DNA of 64,000 nucleotides, from positions 160,001 through 224,000 of the forward strand of contig JAZDJN010000087.1 of NCBI GenBank assembly GCA_043803945.1. The letters are read 5' to 3'. Origin of the DNA: a bacterium. Its GTDB lineage: Bacteria > Bacteroidota > Ignavibacteria > UBA10030. Below are positions 29,180 through 39,749 of this stretch, in pieces. The number at the start of each line of letters is the position of its first letter. Within the stretch, counting starts at the first letter, position 1. A program made the position numbers and the translations under genes. The notes below the pieces were generated by a model. It had not been told where the DNA came from and did no database searches. It saw nothing but the letters and a program-made list of their open reading frames with translations.

Positions 29180-29757
29180 CGGTTCATCCCCGCACGCACG
29201 GGGAACACTAACATCTACAAAATCGAACTTTTAGTGCGGACGGTTCATCCCCGCACGCACGGGGAACACTATCATTTCCATAATCAATTGCCGTTGGAAC
29301 ACGGTTCATCCCCGCACGCACGGGGAACACAGTAGAACGCTTGCGCTCTGAAATAAGGAAGGCGGTTCATCCCCGCACGCACGGGGAACACGCATAGATG
29401 GAAATGACCATCAATATATTCTTCGGTTCATCCCCGCACGCACGGGGAACACCATGCGAATTTCTCAGAGACGGTTTCATAGGACGGTTCATCCCCGCAC
29501 GCACGGGGAACACTACTATCGTCACCGTCGCTCCGGTGAGCTTGTCGGTTCATCCCCGCACGCACGGGGAACACAATATCCCAGGGGATAGGCACGCCTT
29601 TCCAAACGGTTCATCCCCGCACGCACGGGGAACACAATGAATTGGTATTCATGCCCCGAGTGACTATCGGTTCATCCCCGCACGCACGGGGAACACGAAA
29701 TCGAAAATCTCGACCTATCTGATGATCCCGGTTCATCCCCGCACGCACGGGGAACAC
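29180..29757 (-). CRISPR. Type I-E CRISPR array: 10 identical 29-bp repeats, 9 spacers of 32 bp
   Basis: Repeat GTGTTCCCCGTGCGTGCGGGGATGAACCG (minus strand) at plus-strand starts 29180, 29241, 29302, 29363, 29424, 29485, 29546, 29607, 29668, 29729; 61-bp period. Confidence 0.99.
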
Positions 29758-29825
29758 ACTTCTTCCACTGCCCTGTAACTATTGTACAAAATCGATGTTC
29801 CTCAACCTACCAATAAAAAATTCTC
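29758..29825 (-). promoter_or_regulatory. CRISPR leader
   Basis: AT-rich non-coding segment between the cas2 remnant and the first repeat; TTGGTAG motif like other I-E leaders. Confidence 0.65.
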
Positions 29826-30927
<1,102 letters not shown>

Positions 30928-30954
30928 TCGTATGTCTCCTCTCTGTTCAACAAG

Positions 30955-31022
30955 TTACTTGATACGCCTAACCATCATCAGTCCGCAACCGAAGCCTTTG
31001 GCAGGGCCGATGCTGAAATCAT
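30955..31022 (-). pseudogene. cas6e: Relic of a second cas6e (C-terminal Gly-loop only)
   Basis: IGPAKGFGCGLMMVRRIK* immediately after the cas5 stop, the canonical cas6e position. Confidence 0.7.
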
Positions 31023-31027
31023 GTATC

Positions 31028-31708
31028 CTAACGATTCTCGGATGCTTGCCACGTTCGCACTCTTCTTGGCGAAAATAATCTCCGCTCCGTGGCGAAGGAT
31101 ACCGGTGTATCAGGAATAGAATCGCGCCCCTCGGCAAAGTCTTCGACCTCCTCTTGCCGAGTGAAAGATTCAAGCGGCTTTTCTCCAATGAGGAGGCGAA
31201 GCGCATCGTCCCGATTGTCCTTCAAACCGGCAAGAACCGGCGCCGACGGAATACAGGTCTTGCGTCCCAACCAAATCCCCCATTTTGGCTCAGCAAGACC
31301 AGCGGCAATTCCACTCAACAACATTGACTCTCCTTTCAGGAGTACGCCGAAGGCTGCGTCCGTTAAGTACTGGCGATGAGTTAAGACGCAATCATTGTTG
31401 ATCGTACCGCTCGCACGTCTTGTATTCTGAACGGTATGATAATCCTGCAACCGTTTAACCGGAAGTTCTTTTTCCCTTACGTATCGAGGTATGGCAATCG
31501 CAGTCATCTGCACTTTTTGAAACAATGCAAGAAAATTCTGCTCCTGTTCGCTTCCACGCGGATAGCCAAGCGCAGCACAGCATATGCCCGCGATGGCGCT
31601 CTTCGTCGGCATCAGGCCCGTATTGCGGCGGTTGTATTGGCTGTCGAACCCCCAGGATTGAAGAGGACCCTCTAGACGAAGAGCCAGAAATTTGTTATCA
31701 GATGACAT
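31028..31708 (-). CDS. cas5e: Type I-E Cas5 (CasD)
   Basis: LRLEGPLQSWG, PTKSAIAG, LQDYHTV, RQYLTDA, WLGRKTCIPS. Confidence 0.96.
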   Translation of the reverse strand: MSSDNKFLALRLEGPLQSWGFDSQYNRRNTGLMPTKSAIAGICCAALGYPRGSEQEQNFLALFQKVQMTAIAIPRYVREKELPVKRLQDYHTVQNTRRASGTINNDCVLTHRQYLTDAAFGVLLKGESMLLSGIAAGLAEPKWGIWLGRKTCIPSAPVLAGLKDNRDDALRLLIGEKPLESFTRQEEVEDFAEGRDSIPDTPVSFATERRLFSPRRVRTWQASENR

Positions 31709-32993
31709 GGGCCACCATCCCGTCGATGAGGTCATTCAAAGAAACAACTTCTAGTCCATCAACAGTCTTGGCGTCAGTTGTGTTCGGTTCAGGTTTCTTG
31801 TTCAGATGCTCGCTCAAAGACTTTCTGATTGTCGCCTTCGCAGTTCCTTCAATACCCCAAGTTTCTTTCAGGTCCGCATACTCAGCGTTCAGCCGTCTTA
31901 TCGCTTCTACTGCATGGCCTTGACTCGACCTGATTGGGCTCTCAAAGGCATTCACCAGTTGAACGGGATGCCCTTTTTCTCGGACAACCCCAAGTACATA
32001 ATCGGGAATCGTACTGCCGTTCATAGTGTTCTTGCGTGCTGCGGGAATGGCCTTGATCGTTGCCTCCAAGAAAGTGTGCACGACACCTTGTCGCTCTTCC
32101 TTCGTCATACTTTTAAGGTGATCTTTGTCAGCAAGCATGTCGAGGTTGAGAGCAGCAAATCGGTAATATGTTGCGGAATTGAATTCCAGCGTACTCGTCA
32201 TTCCGGCGCCAGATTCTTCCTTGGGCTGCAGATCATCCACAGCGGCAAAGAAATCGATTTCATTGTCGACTTTATGTGTGGATAACGCGTGAGAGAACAT
32301 TGAAGCCGCCTCGACAGTCAAAGAGTGATCGTTGGCAACCATGCGTCCGAACAGAGCAATGTCGGCGGCATCCTTAGGAAGGCTTTTTGCCTCCTTCTTT
32401 TCGCCTTTGAATGCTTTTTGCACAGGTAACTTAAGGATCTTGGCTACAAGTTTGCTAAAAGCTTTAGCAGACAGTTTCTCCTCGCCCCGTTTGGGTTTTT
32501 CAACCTCCTCCTCTGCCTCATCCTCGCCGTCTTCCTCATTTGACAACTTTGCCGTGTCGACCGACTGGATTGCATCCATCAACTTCTGCTTGTCACTTTT
32601 TGGCAGGGAGTGAAGGAGGTTAGCGAAAATCTCGTATTCTAGAGGTGAGAGAAAAACGAGAGTCTTAACTTTCCCAACCTGCTTTGGATCGAGTTTGGCC
32701 AGATAATGTCCAGCACAGAGAGAAAGAGCATTCGCGGTTTCTTCGGCCTCGCCGAGTTCTCTGAGCGCTGAAGAAATCCTCTCTATGAACAGACGGCTTC
32801 GCTTTCCTTTGAATTGGCCCGACGTGTCCAGTTCTTTTTCAGCCAACTCTCGAATCGCTCTCTTCCACGATTGGCTCGAAACCCGAGCCCGCTGAACACC
32901 GCCAAAGATTGCTGTCTTGGGAGAATTAAGATCGTCTCGATTGAGGCATGCGACGGGAACGGATTGAATGATATGCAATTCCAAATGTCTCAT
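31698..32993 (-). CDS. cas7e: Type I-E Cas7 (Cse4/CasC)
   Basis: LHIIQSVPVACLNRDD..PKTA.FGG..RARVSSQSWKRAIR; DIALFGRMVA; DFFAAVDD; SATYYRFA. Confidence 0.97.
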   Translation of the reverse strand: MRHLELHIIQSVPVACLNRDDLNSPKTAIFGGVQRARVSSQSWKRAIRELAEKELDTSGQFKGKRSRLFIERISSALRELGEAEETANALSLCAGHYLAKLDPKQVGKVKTLVFLSPLEYEIFANLLHSLPKSDKQKLMDAIQSVDTAKLSNEEDGEDEAEEEVEKPKRGEEKLSAKAFSKLVAKILKLPVQKAFKGEKKEAKSLPKDAADIALFGRMVANDHSLTVEAASMFSHALSTHKVDNEIDFFAAVDDLQPKEESGAGMTSTLEFNSATYYRFAALNLDMLADKDHLKSMTKEERQGVVHTFLEATIKAIPAARKNTMNGSTIPDYVLGVVREKGHPVQLVNAFESPIRSSQGHAVEAIRRLNAEYADLKETWGIEGTAKATIRKSLSEHLNKKPEPNTTDAKTVDGLEVVSLNDLIDGMVAHVI

Positions 32994-33004
32994 GGGAAAT
33001 CTCC

Positions 33005-33721
33005 TTATGGATTAGTGTTGTTTTCTTTCAAATCAATTGGTGCAAGCAACAGCAGACCGAAACCAAATCCCTTAGCGCTGCCGATGCCGCATTGATATGA
33101 TTCGATGAACTTCTCGTGGTCGGTCACTTCCAGCATCCCCCGAAACTGCACACCGCCATGGTATGCGGCATCCACTTTGCGGCGAAAATGGTTTTCCACC
33201 ATTGGGCTGATTTCGAGAGGCCTTTCTTCCACGATTCGAAATCCGCCGGGTGCATCCACTCCTGCTTTTTCATCTCGACATCGGATTTTTCCTTTCCGAA
33301 CAAGCCATGCTCGCAGTTCTTCAGGCTTGACAAGCGGTACGCGTTTCCCCTTCGTTCGCTTTCGATTTTGTCGGAGCAATATTGCTCCGTCTGGGCCTCG
33401 TTGGTCAATACATTTGGTGGGGTTGGCTCGCAAGTCAAAAGCATAGTACCTATGATTGAGAAACGAAGCAGAGATCTCTTTGAGATCGAAGCCTTCAGCG
33501 GGACACCATTTCGGACGTACGGGCCTTCTCTTGGACAAGATCCAAAGTCGAAAAGCCCCTTCAAGAACATCGATTCGGGTAAGAAAACCAATCTCCTTAC
33601 GCTTCTGATCTGGCACGTCGGGAAAACACTCCCAGAGTTTCTTGTGCCAAGCGTAGCTGTCTGAAATGCGTTCAGCTCGAGCGGTTTCTCTATCAACTTC
33701 TAAACGGGCAAGCCAGTTCAT
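33005..33721 (-). CDS. cas6e: Type I-E Cas6e (Cse3/CasE)
   Basis: YAWHKKLW, FDLRANPTK, V.F.G.L.V.D, GIGSAKGFGFGLL; GAGGA RBS before ATG 33721. Confidence 0.95.
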   Translation of the reverse strand: MNWLARLEVDRETARAERISDSYAWHKKLWECFPDVPDQKRKEIGFLTRIDVLEGAFRLWILSKRRPVRPKWCPAEGFDLKEISASFLNHRYYAFDLRANPTKCIDQRGPDGAILLRQNRKRTKGKRVPLVKPEELRAWLVRKGKIRCRDEKAGVDAPGGFRIVEERPLEISPMVENHFRRKVDAAYHGGVQFRGMLEVTDHEKFIESYQCGIGSAKGFGFGLLLLAPIDLKENNTNP

Positions 33722-34209
33722 GTTTCCTCCTCGGTCGTAGAGGCAGGCACAGTACCTGGTGCCCAGAAAGCGGCTGCCCATTTGGTTTTAATCCGGTCGT
33801 TCCAAAACTTGAGATCAATCTGCAGTTGTTCATAGTTGACTGGAACATCTTGTGATTTTGCCATAAGAACCATCCGCATTACGCGGGAGTGCAACTCTTC
33901 TCTTTCCGCCGCCATCAAATGCTGAAACCTACGTTCCGTTGGGGTCAACTTGTTGTCATCGCCTGTTTTTTCACCTCGCCTTAGTTCAATTGCTTTACAG
34001 GTTGTACCAAAGTTTCCTATGGACGTTTCTTCAGGATGGGTAGCGAAGAGTCCGGCGATGAATGTTAGAACTTCATCGTTGATTGGCACCCCGAGTCGGT
34101 TTAGTGCCGGCCACGCACGGTGTTTCTTGTTGTCCACAAGTATGCAGCGAAGGTTGGCCCTGATCCCTCGATCATCTTTATGTTTGCGGAGTTCGTGAAA
34201 CCAGCTCAT
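33718..34209 (-). CDS. cse2: Type I-E small subunit Cse2 (Cas11/CasB)
   Basis: DRGIRANLR, ERRFQHL, VNYEQLQIDL..W...WA..FW; position after cse1. Confidence 0.92.
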   Translation of the reverse strand: MSWFHELRKHKDDRGIRANLRCILVDNKKHRAWPALNRLGVPINDEVLTFIAGLFATHPEETSIGNFGTTCKAIELRRGEKTGDDNKLTPTERRFQHLMAAEREELHSRVMRMVLMAKSQDVPVNYEQLQIDLKFWNDRIKTKWAAAFWAPGTVPASTTEEET

Positions 34210-35858
34210 ACGTTGTCCTCCTTTAATTGGTTTTTATCAGATTCGCGTTCTTCACGCGTTGATGTCAACTTCTGCCACCCTTTAGCAAAGGCGCGCATCT
34301 GTCGCGGTGTCTCTTGTCCACAGGCGATCTTGTAAGCCTCCTTGGCGGCAAAGAAAAGCATTCTTCGCCAGGCATCCCGCGTTGGGATTGCGGTATCGGT
34401 TCCGATGGCTTCTATGTGAGTCATAAGAAAGGGTAATTGTTTCTCGACGGTGGTCCAGTATGAAAGGAAGGCAGCTTCAGCTAATCTGTCTCTTAGGGCA
34501 CTTTGCTCTTTTGCTTTCGTTCTCTTGATGCGAGGTTTCCAATCCGCGTCGATCGTCTGGCGATAATCTTCTATTGCCCATCTTAGTTTTCTGGAAAAAC
34601 CCTCTGCACCTATTATCTTCTCCGCCCTATCACCCTGAATCTCTGTCTGATATGTGGACAAATGGTTTTGGAATACCGGGCTGATGTGGAAGACGGATTC
34701 GAGTGCGATGTCCATTGAAGCTTTATCGCGAGTCATAGCACAGACATGAAAATCGAATTCAGAATCAGAAGGGGCATTCGACATTGCCAATGGTCCGCCA
34801 AGACCATAGGCTGAACGAATTACGAGTAGTGAAGACAATTCACGCCATAACGCTTTCTTTGGATCGACTCTGAACACCCTCCGCTCACTCGTTTCTCTGC
34901 CATTCTTATCTTTGCTCGTGACCACACGAACAGCGGCAGTCGGTTCCGCAGCAAACCCATTCTTGAATGTGTCATATTTGAAGCCATTGCAGCAATACAT
35001 TTGGTCTGTCCCATGAACAAGGCGAATCCAACGCGATATCGGTACTAGCCTCCCAAGGTATGTGCTTGTTGCGTTTACCGCTTCATCGGACTGCTTGTCC
35101 GGTGAGTCAGGAAAGAACTCCCATACTGGTCGACCTAATTCCACATTCGTGTAAGTGTCACCCTTTTTCTTGTCAGTAGTGAATATTCGATAGGTGTTTT
35201 GAACTGTTTCAAATGTTGGAATATTCAAGTGAATAGTCTCCAACAACGACATTCCACGAAAAAGGCAGTGCGCCATCGATTGTGACAAGCAAGGAGCATC
35301 TGGGTTTCCGACTTGTGAGGTTTTTACGGTTTTCCATTGAGCGATGGGTGAACCACCACCGGAGGAGAAATTTTGAAAAGTCAGCAGGTTCAATGCAATT
35401 CGCTCGGGTTCGAGATTGCGTGAAGCCCTTTGTCCGCCGTGATCGTTGAGAGTTGAATTGTGCCCGGTTGCTAACTCAAAATCAAGAAGGGCTACCGGAG
35501 ATGTTTTCCCAGAATCACTACGGTTCCTTCTCACACCTTTCAAATCTGCCACCTGCAACCAGGGCTTCTTCTTGTGAAACAACTCAAACGAGTCCTTCCA
35601 ATCCGTCAGATACTTCCGTACTTCTTTAGGCAAGTTTATCGGCACTTCGCGCCACTCGTTGTAATCTTTCGGGCCGTCAAGCGCCGCGTGAGCAACACAG
35701 AGAAAGAGGCGCATCAAGGAAACCCGCTCGTGTGGCCGTACCGCCAAGTCGGCGTATCGGGATCCATTCGACAGAACTTCCAAGAGGCTGACACCGCCTA
35801 GAATCCTATGTCCGTTGAGATTAACAACGGGTATCCACGGGTCAAATGCTATGTTCAT
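34206..35858 (-). CDS. cse1: Type I-E large subunit Cse1 (Cas8e/CasA)
   Basis: DPWIPV, RLFL, FELFH..KPWLQ, G.SLLETI.LN, ALWREL; position after cas3. Confidence 0.92.
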   Translation of the reverse strand: MNIAFDPWIPVVNLNGHRILGGVSLLEVLSNGSRYADLAVRPHERVSLMRLFLCVAHAALDGPKDYNEWREVPINLPKEVRKYLTDWKDSFELFHKKKPWLQVADLKGVRRNRSDSGKTSPVALLDFELATGHNSTLNDHGGQRASRNLEPERIALNLLTFQNFSSGGGSPIAQWKTVKTSQVGNPDAPCLSQSMAHCLFRGMSLLETIHLNIPTFETVQNTYRIFTTDKKKGDTYTNVELGRPVWEFFPDSPDKQSDEAVNATSTYLGRLVPISRWIRLVHGTDQMYCCNGFKYDTFKNGFAAEPTAAVRVVTSKDKNGRETSERRVFRVDPKKALWRELSSLLVIRSAYGLGGPLAMSNAPSDSEFDFHVCAMTRDKASMDIALESVFHISPVFQNHLSTYQTEIQGDRAEKIIGAEGFSRKLRWAIEDYRQTIDADWKPRIKRTKAKEQSALRDRLAEAAFLSYWTTVEKQLPFLMTHIEAIGTDTAIPTRDAWRRMLFFAAKEAYKIACGQETPRQMRAFAKGWQKLTSTREERESDKNQLKEDNV

Positions 35859-38431
35859 TCATCCTCCTTATCACCTGTTTTTTCGATAACCACACCTAAC
35901 TGAATGTCCCAGCGCAGAACAACGCCTTTCTTCAAATCCCTCACTGCAATAGCTCCATCGCCCTGAACAAGACCAACGCACTGGCGACCGCGCAAGTATC
36001 GTGCAATTAAAGGATTCCCCTCAGTCCTTTCAAAATGGTAATCCGGTATCTTCACGAGATTGCGGTGTATTCCCTGCGCCGTTGTCAGTTGAAATTCCTC
36101 GCCTCCAAGCGTACAACTTGTTTTATCAATAAATTTGACCTTGGTTTCTGATAATGAGCGGCACAAGACCAAAGAGAGGTGAGGTAGTTCGTTGATACGG
36201 GTCTGCACACCTTCCTCATCCTCAAGAGCAACCTGCCATAGGTTGCTACTCATGAGAGCTTTTCCTTTCAGTGCCAATGCTTTGCCATACGTATCGTTCA
36301 GAAGCTGATGCCAACCGCTTGGTTCTTTCCTGCGTTCCTTGTAGGTTGCTTCGATTAGCTTCCTGATGTCGAAGGGGATGCTTACCTTCTTACGCTTTTT
36401 CCACTGCTCAAGTGATCGTAATAGTACATACGGATCATAGACAAACGCTTTCTTGCCGAGTGCCCTTACAATGTCCTTCTTTTTCAACTTCCGAAACTCC
36501 TGGATGTTTTTCTCTTCCTCGAGAATGCACGTTCGGGGTTTCGAAAGAGGCCTGTTCTCCCGATCATGACGCCATAGCCGACCCATGCGCTGGAACAACA
36601 TATCGGTGGGAGCTAATTCTGTAATAAGGAAATCCGCATCAAGATCTACACTCTGCTCAACAATCTGGGTTGAAATGAGAAGTGAGCCACAGCGCGTAGG
36701 GCTGTCTTTCTCCAACCGATCCATCCATTCTTTTTCCAATTGTTCCCGACGCCAGAACGGGAACCGGGAGTGCAGCAGGCCGATAGGAAAATCCACGTTG
36801 TTCTGACTGCCGAAGTAACGATAGACTCGTTGAGCAGCATCTACCGTATCGCAAACCCACAGAACACACCCTCCCTTTAGTGCCACCTTGATCGCTTCAG
36901 CTATTGCATCTCTTTCGGATTTAAAAACGATTTCAACGTTTCGTGAATCCGGCGGGGTTACAGCAACCGGCTTAGCGATTTTTTCTTGCCGTCGCCCCGT
37001 GATGAGCGGATACGGTTCTCGAGCTCGAGTGTTGACGTTGTCTTCATGAATTGAAATTATCTGCCCGCGCCTTTTTCGTGATAGTGTAGCTGAGAGCACA
37101 ATGACTGTGCAACCAAGCCCCTCAAGTGTCTCAATCAAACGATCGATTAATGTGCCGGTATAGAGATCGTAAGAATGGATTTCGTCGAGGATTACCACCT
37201 TGCCGGCGAGGGCAAAATGGCGCACAAAAAAGTGTTTTGCAGCCACAATGCCCAGCAGAGCCTGGTCAATCGTACCGACCCCAAATGGTGCGATGAGTGC
37301 TCGCTTTGCTGAAGAGAACCAATCTCGTCCGATCTCAGCATTTTCCTCTACCCCCTGTGCTGTTGACGCGGGAGATAGAGCAAGTTTCTGATCCAGAAGC
37401 CACGAATTGCCATGAATGATCTTGCTTCCCACGGCGTCTGGTGCAATACGTTTGACAAATTCCGCCATCCGAAGATGCATTCGGTTGCTGGTAGCTTGAG
37501 TCGGTAATGCGAAATAAATGCCATGTGCTTTTCCGACTGTAAGAAGGTTGTAAGCCGAGCCCAACGCTGCTTCCGTTTTGCCCATCCCCATAGGCGCCTC
37601 AATAACATAAACACCGCGGTCAGTAATTGTGGAGAGAGCTGCTGATTGCATCTTGTTAGGGGCGAATTGAATATACGGTTTTTGTGGATCGTGAAAGAGG
37701 TCGTGGAATGAAAGGCCGCGAACAATTTGTGGGCGAACGCAACCGATTCCATCAAGACATCTGCCGGCTGCTTCGACAGCCTTGGGAGGCTCCATTCCCC
37801 CTTCAACGGGGAAGTAACGCTCATCGGATCCGATCCAATCGGCGACAGAGGTTAATCCTGCGAGCCACCAAAGCGCGGGGGACACATCATCGATCAGAAG
37901 CCCTTTCAAGTCTACCTCGAACTGCGATAGTATATAATCAGCAGCCTTGTTCCGTTCCTTATCCCACTCTATCCCGCTTCGCTGTTCTGTAATTGCTTTC
38001 CGTGGCGTGAATTCCCTGTCATTCGGTGGGCTAAGTCTTCCGTGATGGCCACCCAGCACAGCAGAGAGAAATTTACTGGTTCTCTGATCCACCCCATTGT
38101 TGTTAAAAAACTTCTGCACTGCAGAATGGGTTACCTTTCCATGGTCGGATTCCATCGCAGTATCCCAAACACTATTTCGAGCAATCTCCAAAAGTCTTCT
38201 TTCTTCAAGCCACGCCTCACACTTACGTTGGAACCCAGGAGATATCTTGCCCAAATCATGAAGCGCTGCGAGTGCACCAACCAATGATTGCTTAAGTTGA
38301 AAAAGGTTTAACAATTCCGGGACATCCCTCACCATCGAACGAGCAACACACCCAACATTCATCATGTGTTCAACAACGGAGATTCCCGGTCGAAAATCTT
38401 TCGTGGTTTTGGCCCAGAAGTCAACCATCAT
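35855..38431 (-). CDS. cas3: CRISPR-associated helicase/HD nuclease Cas3
   Basis: WAKT, LHDLGK, HHG, ADWIGS, APMGMGKT, LPTQAT, DEIH, SAT, LHSRF, TQIVEQSVD, QRMGRLWRH. Confidence 0.98.
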   Translation of the reverse strand: MMVDFWAKTTKDFRPGISVVEHMMNVGCVARSMVRDVPELLNLFQLKQSLVGALAALHDLGKISPGFQRKCEAWLEERRLLEIARNSVWDTAMESDHGKVTHSAVQKFFNNNGVDQRTSKFLSAVLGGHHGRLSPPNDREFTPRKAITEQRSGIEWDKERNKAADYILSQFEVDLKGLLIDDVSPALWWLAGLTSVADWIGSDERYFPVEGGMEPPKAVEAAGRCLDGIGCVRPQIVRGLSFHDLFHDPQKPYIQFAPNKMQSAALSTITDRGVYVIEAPMGMGKTEAALGSAYNLLTVGKAHGIYFALPTQATSNRMHLRMAEFVKRIAPDAVGSKIIHGNSWLLDQKLALSPASTAQGVEENAEIGRDWFSSAKRALIAPFGVGTIDQALLGIVAAKHFFVRHFALAGKVVILDEIHSYDLYTGTLIDRLIETLEGLGCTVIVLSATLSRKRRGQIISIHEDNVNTRAREPYPLITGRRQEKIAKPVAVTPPDSRNVEIVFKSERDAIAEAIKVALKGGCVLWVCDTVDAAQRVYRYFGSQNNVDFPIGLLHSRFPFWRREQLEKEWMDRLEKDSPTRCGSLLISTQIVEQSVDLDADFLITELAPTDMLFQRMGRLWRHDRENRPLSKPRTCILEEEKNIQEFRKLKKKDIVRALGKKAFVYDPYVLLRSLEQWKKRKKVSIPFDIRKLIEATYKERRKEPSGWHQLLNDTYGKALALKGKALMSSNLWQVALEDEEGVQTRINELPHLSLVLCRSLSETKVKFIDKTSCTLGGEEFQLTTAQGIHRNLVKIPDYHFERTEGNPLIARYLRGRQCVGLVQGDGAIAVRDLKKGVVLRWDIQLGVVIEKTGDKEDE

Positions 38432-38451
38432 TCAAGCCTTCTTCGTCATTT

Positions 38452-39225
38452 TCAAAACAACCTCTTCTCCATCACTCCCAGCCTCAGATCCTCAATCCGA
38501 ATTATTGCAGCAGAGCGGCTCACGCCGAACCGCTTCATCAGCGCAACAGTAAGCTCCCCCTGACTAGCACCCTCGTACTCATGCTCGATCCGCTTGCAGT
38601 CCTCCATCGGCAGCAGCAGCTCGGCGGCAAAGAAATTTGCTTTGATCTCCTTGAACTTCTCTTTCTGCTCCCGCCGCAATTCGATAAGCAACTGTTCGTT
38701 CTCTTTATTATTGATTTCTGCAAGCTCCGGTTCATCCGCTCCGAAGATATCGCGCTTCGTGCATCTTGCCGATACGACCTGTCGCGACTGCGCTGTTTCT
38801 TCCTCCTGGAAAAGGGGAATCGTGTTGTTGTTTTCATACTTGAGATGAACTGGTTTATAGTAGTCGTTGATAAAATGTCCAAGCTCGTGGGCGAGCGAGA
38901 ATTTCCGCCTCTCCTCAGGATCTGTCTCTTCGATGAAGATAATACCTCCACCGTGGTACGCGTAAAGAAAGCCGGCCAACGCGGAGTAGCGGTCGAGAAC
39001 CTCCTCCTCAAAGGGGAGTTGGAGCCGCTTCAACGTAGCGGTGACCTTATCTATCTCAAGGCCCTCGATCCGCTGGATCGCGATCTGAAATGTTCCACCT
39101 ATCATCGTGCAGAGAGAGCTGAACGTAATGGGATAGCTGGCCAGATTCTCCCCGGTTATCCTCGCGTGTTCCAGGAACCAGATCACTACGTCTCGCGTGA
39201 TTAGATGGCGTTGCTCGTGCTTCAT
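38452..39225 (-). CDS. ImmA/IrrE family metallo-endopeptidase (DUF955)
   Basis: ERRKFSLAHELGH (HExxH); EIKANFFAAELLLP; C-terminal RFGVSRSAAIIR HTH. Confidence 0.92.
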   Translation of the reverse strand: MKHEQRHLITRDVVIWFLEHARITGENLASYPITFSSLCTMIGGTFQIAIQRIEGLEIDKVTATLKRLQLPFEEEVLDRYSALAGFLYAYHGGGIIFIEETDPEERRKFSLAHELGHFINDYYKPVHLKYENNNTIPLFQEEETAQSRQVVSARCTKRDIFGADEPELAEINNKENEQLLIELRREQKEKFKEIKANFFAAELLLPMEDCKRIEHEYEGASQGELTVALMKRFGVSRSAAIIRIEDLRLGVMEKRLF

Positions 39226-39749
39226 TTGTGCTTCTTTCTACGCAAGTGCGTGTCTGGATGTAATTCCTTGGGCCGTGCCGCAAACCGAATCGATCCCGAT
39301 TTATCTTGAGGGTGCTGTAGCTCCCAAAAGCGCAATCCATTCAGCAACCATTCAGCTAGCAGTTTAGAAGTTTCGTCCGGCAACCTATATTCACTACAGA
39401 TAAATCCCGCTACTCCGCGCACCGTGCTGGTGGACAGAGGCATCATCTCGGTAAGTAGGTGTTGCATTACCGCTCCCGAGACTCCAGCTCTGTGCGCTGC
39501 ATCTGTTTCACTCCATCCATTTGCCTCGAGTGTTTTGCCCATCGCTTCGCCAACTGAGCAGGGTGCTTTATCAACATCGCTGGATTGCACAACCCCGTAA
39601 GGGATTGATTGCTCCTTAACCGCTGTTGTACTTTCACTCGCTATCGGTTTATTGGTTTTGCATATTTCCCGTAGAGCTTCCAAAAACTTTTCGTCATTCT
39701 CATCTGCTGCTTGAAAGAAGTTTTCTATCAAGGGGTTTTTCGGCTTCAT
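39222..39749 (-). CDS. Hypothetical protein with degenerate XRE-like HTH
   Basis: GWSETDAAHRAGVSGAVMQHL resembles an HTH; C-terminal IRFAAR; ATGA overlaps on both sides. Confidence 0.6.
   Translation of the reverse strand: MKPKNPLIENFFQAADENDEKFLEALREICKTNKPIASESTTAVKEQSIPYGVVQSSDVDKAPCSVGEAMGKTLEANGWSETDAAHRAGVSGAVMQHLLTEMMPLSTSTVRGVAGFICSEYRLPDETSKLLAEWLLNGLRFWELQHPQDKSGSIRFAARPKELHPDTHLRRKKHK

Noticed and set aside
29108-29640. ORFs 29108-29335 and 29398-29640
   Set aside because: They are translations of CRISPR repeats and spacers.
29209-29728. Self-targeting or duplicated spacers
   Set aside because: All nine spacers differ and I saw no match in the window by eye; a proper alignment is still needed.
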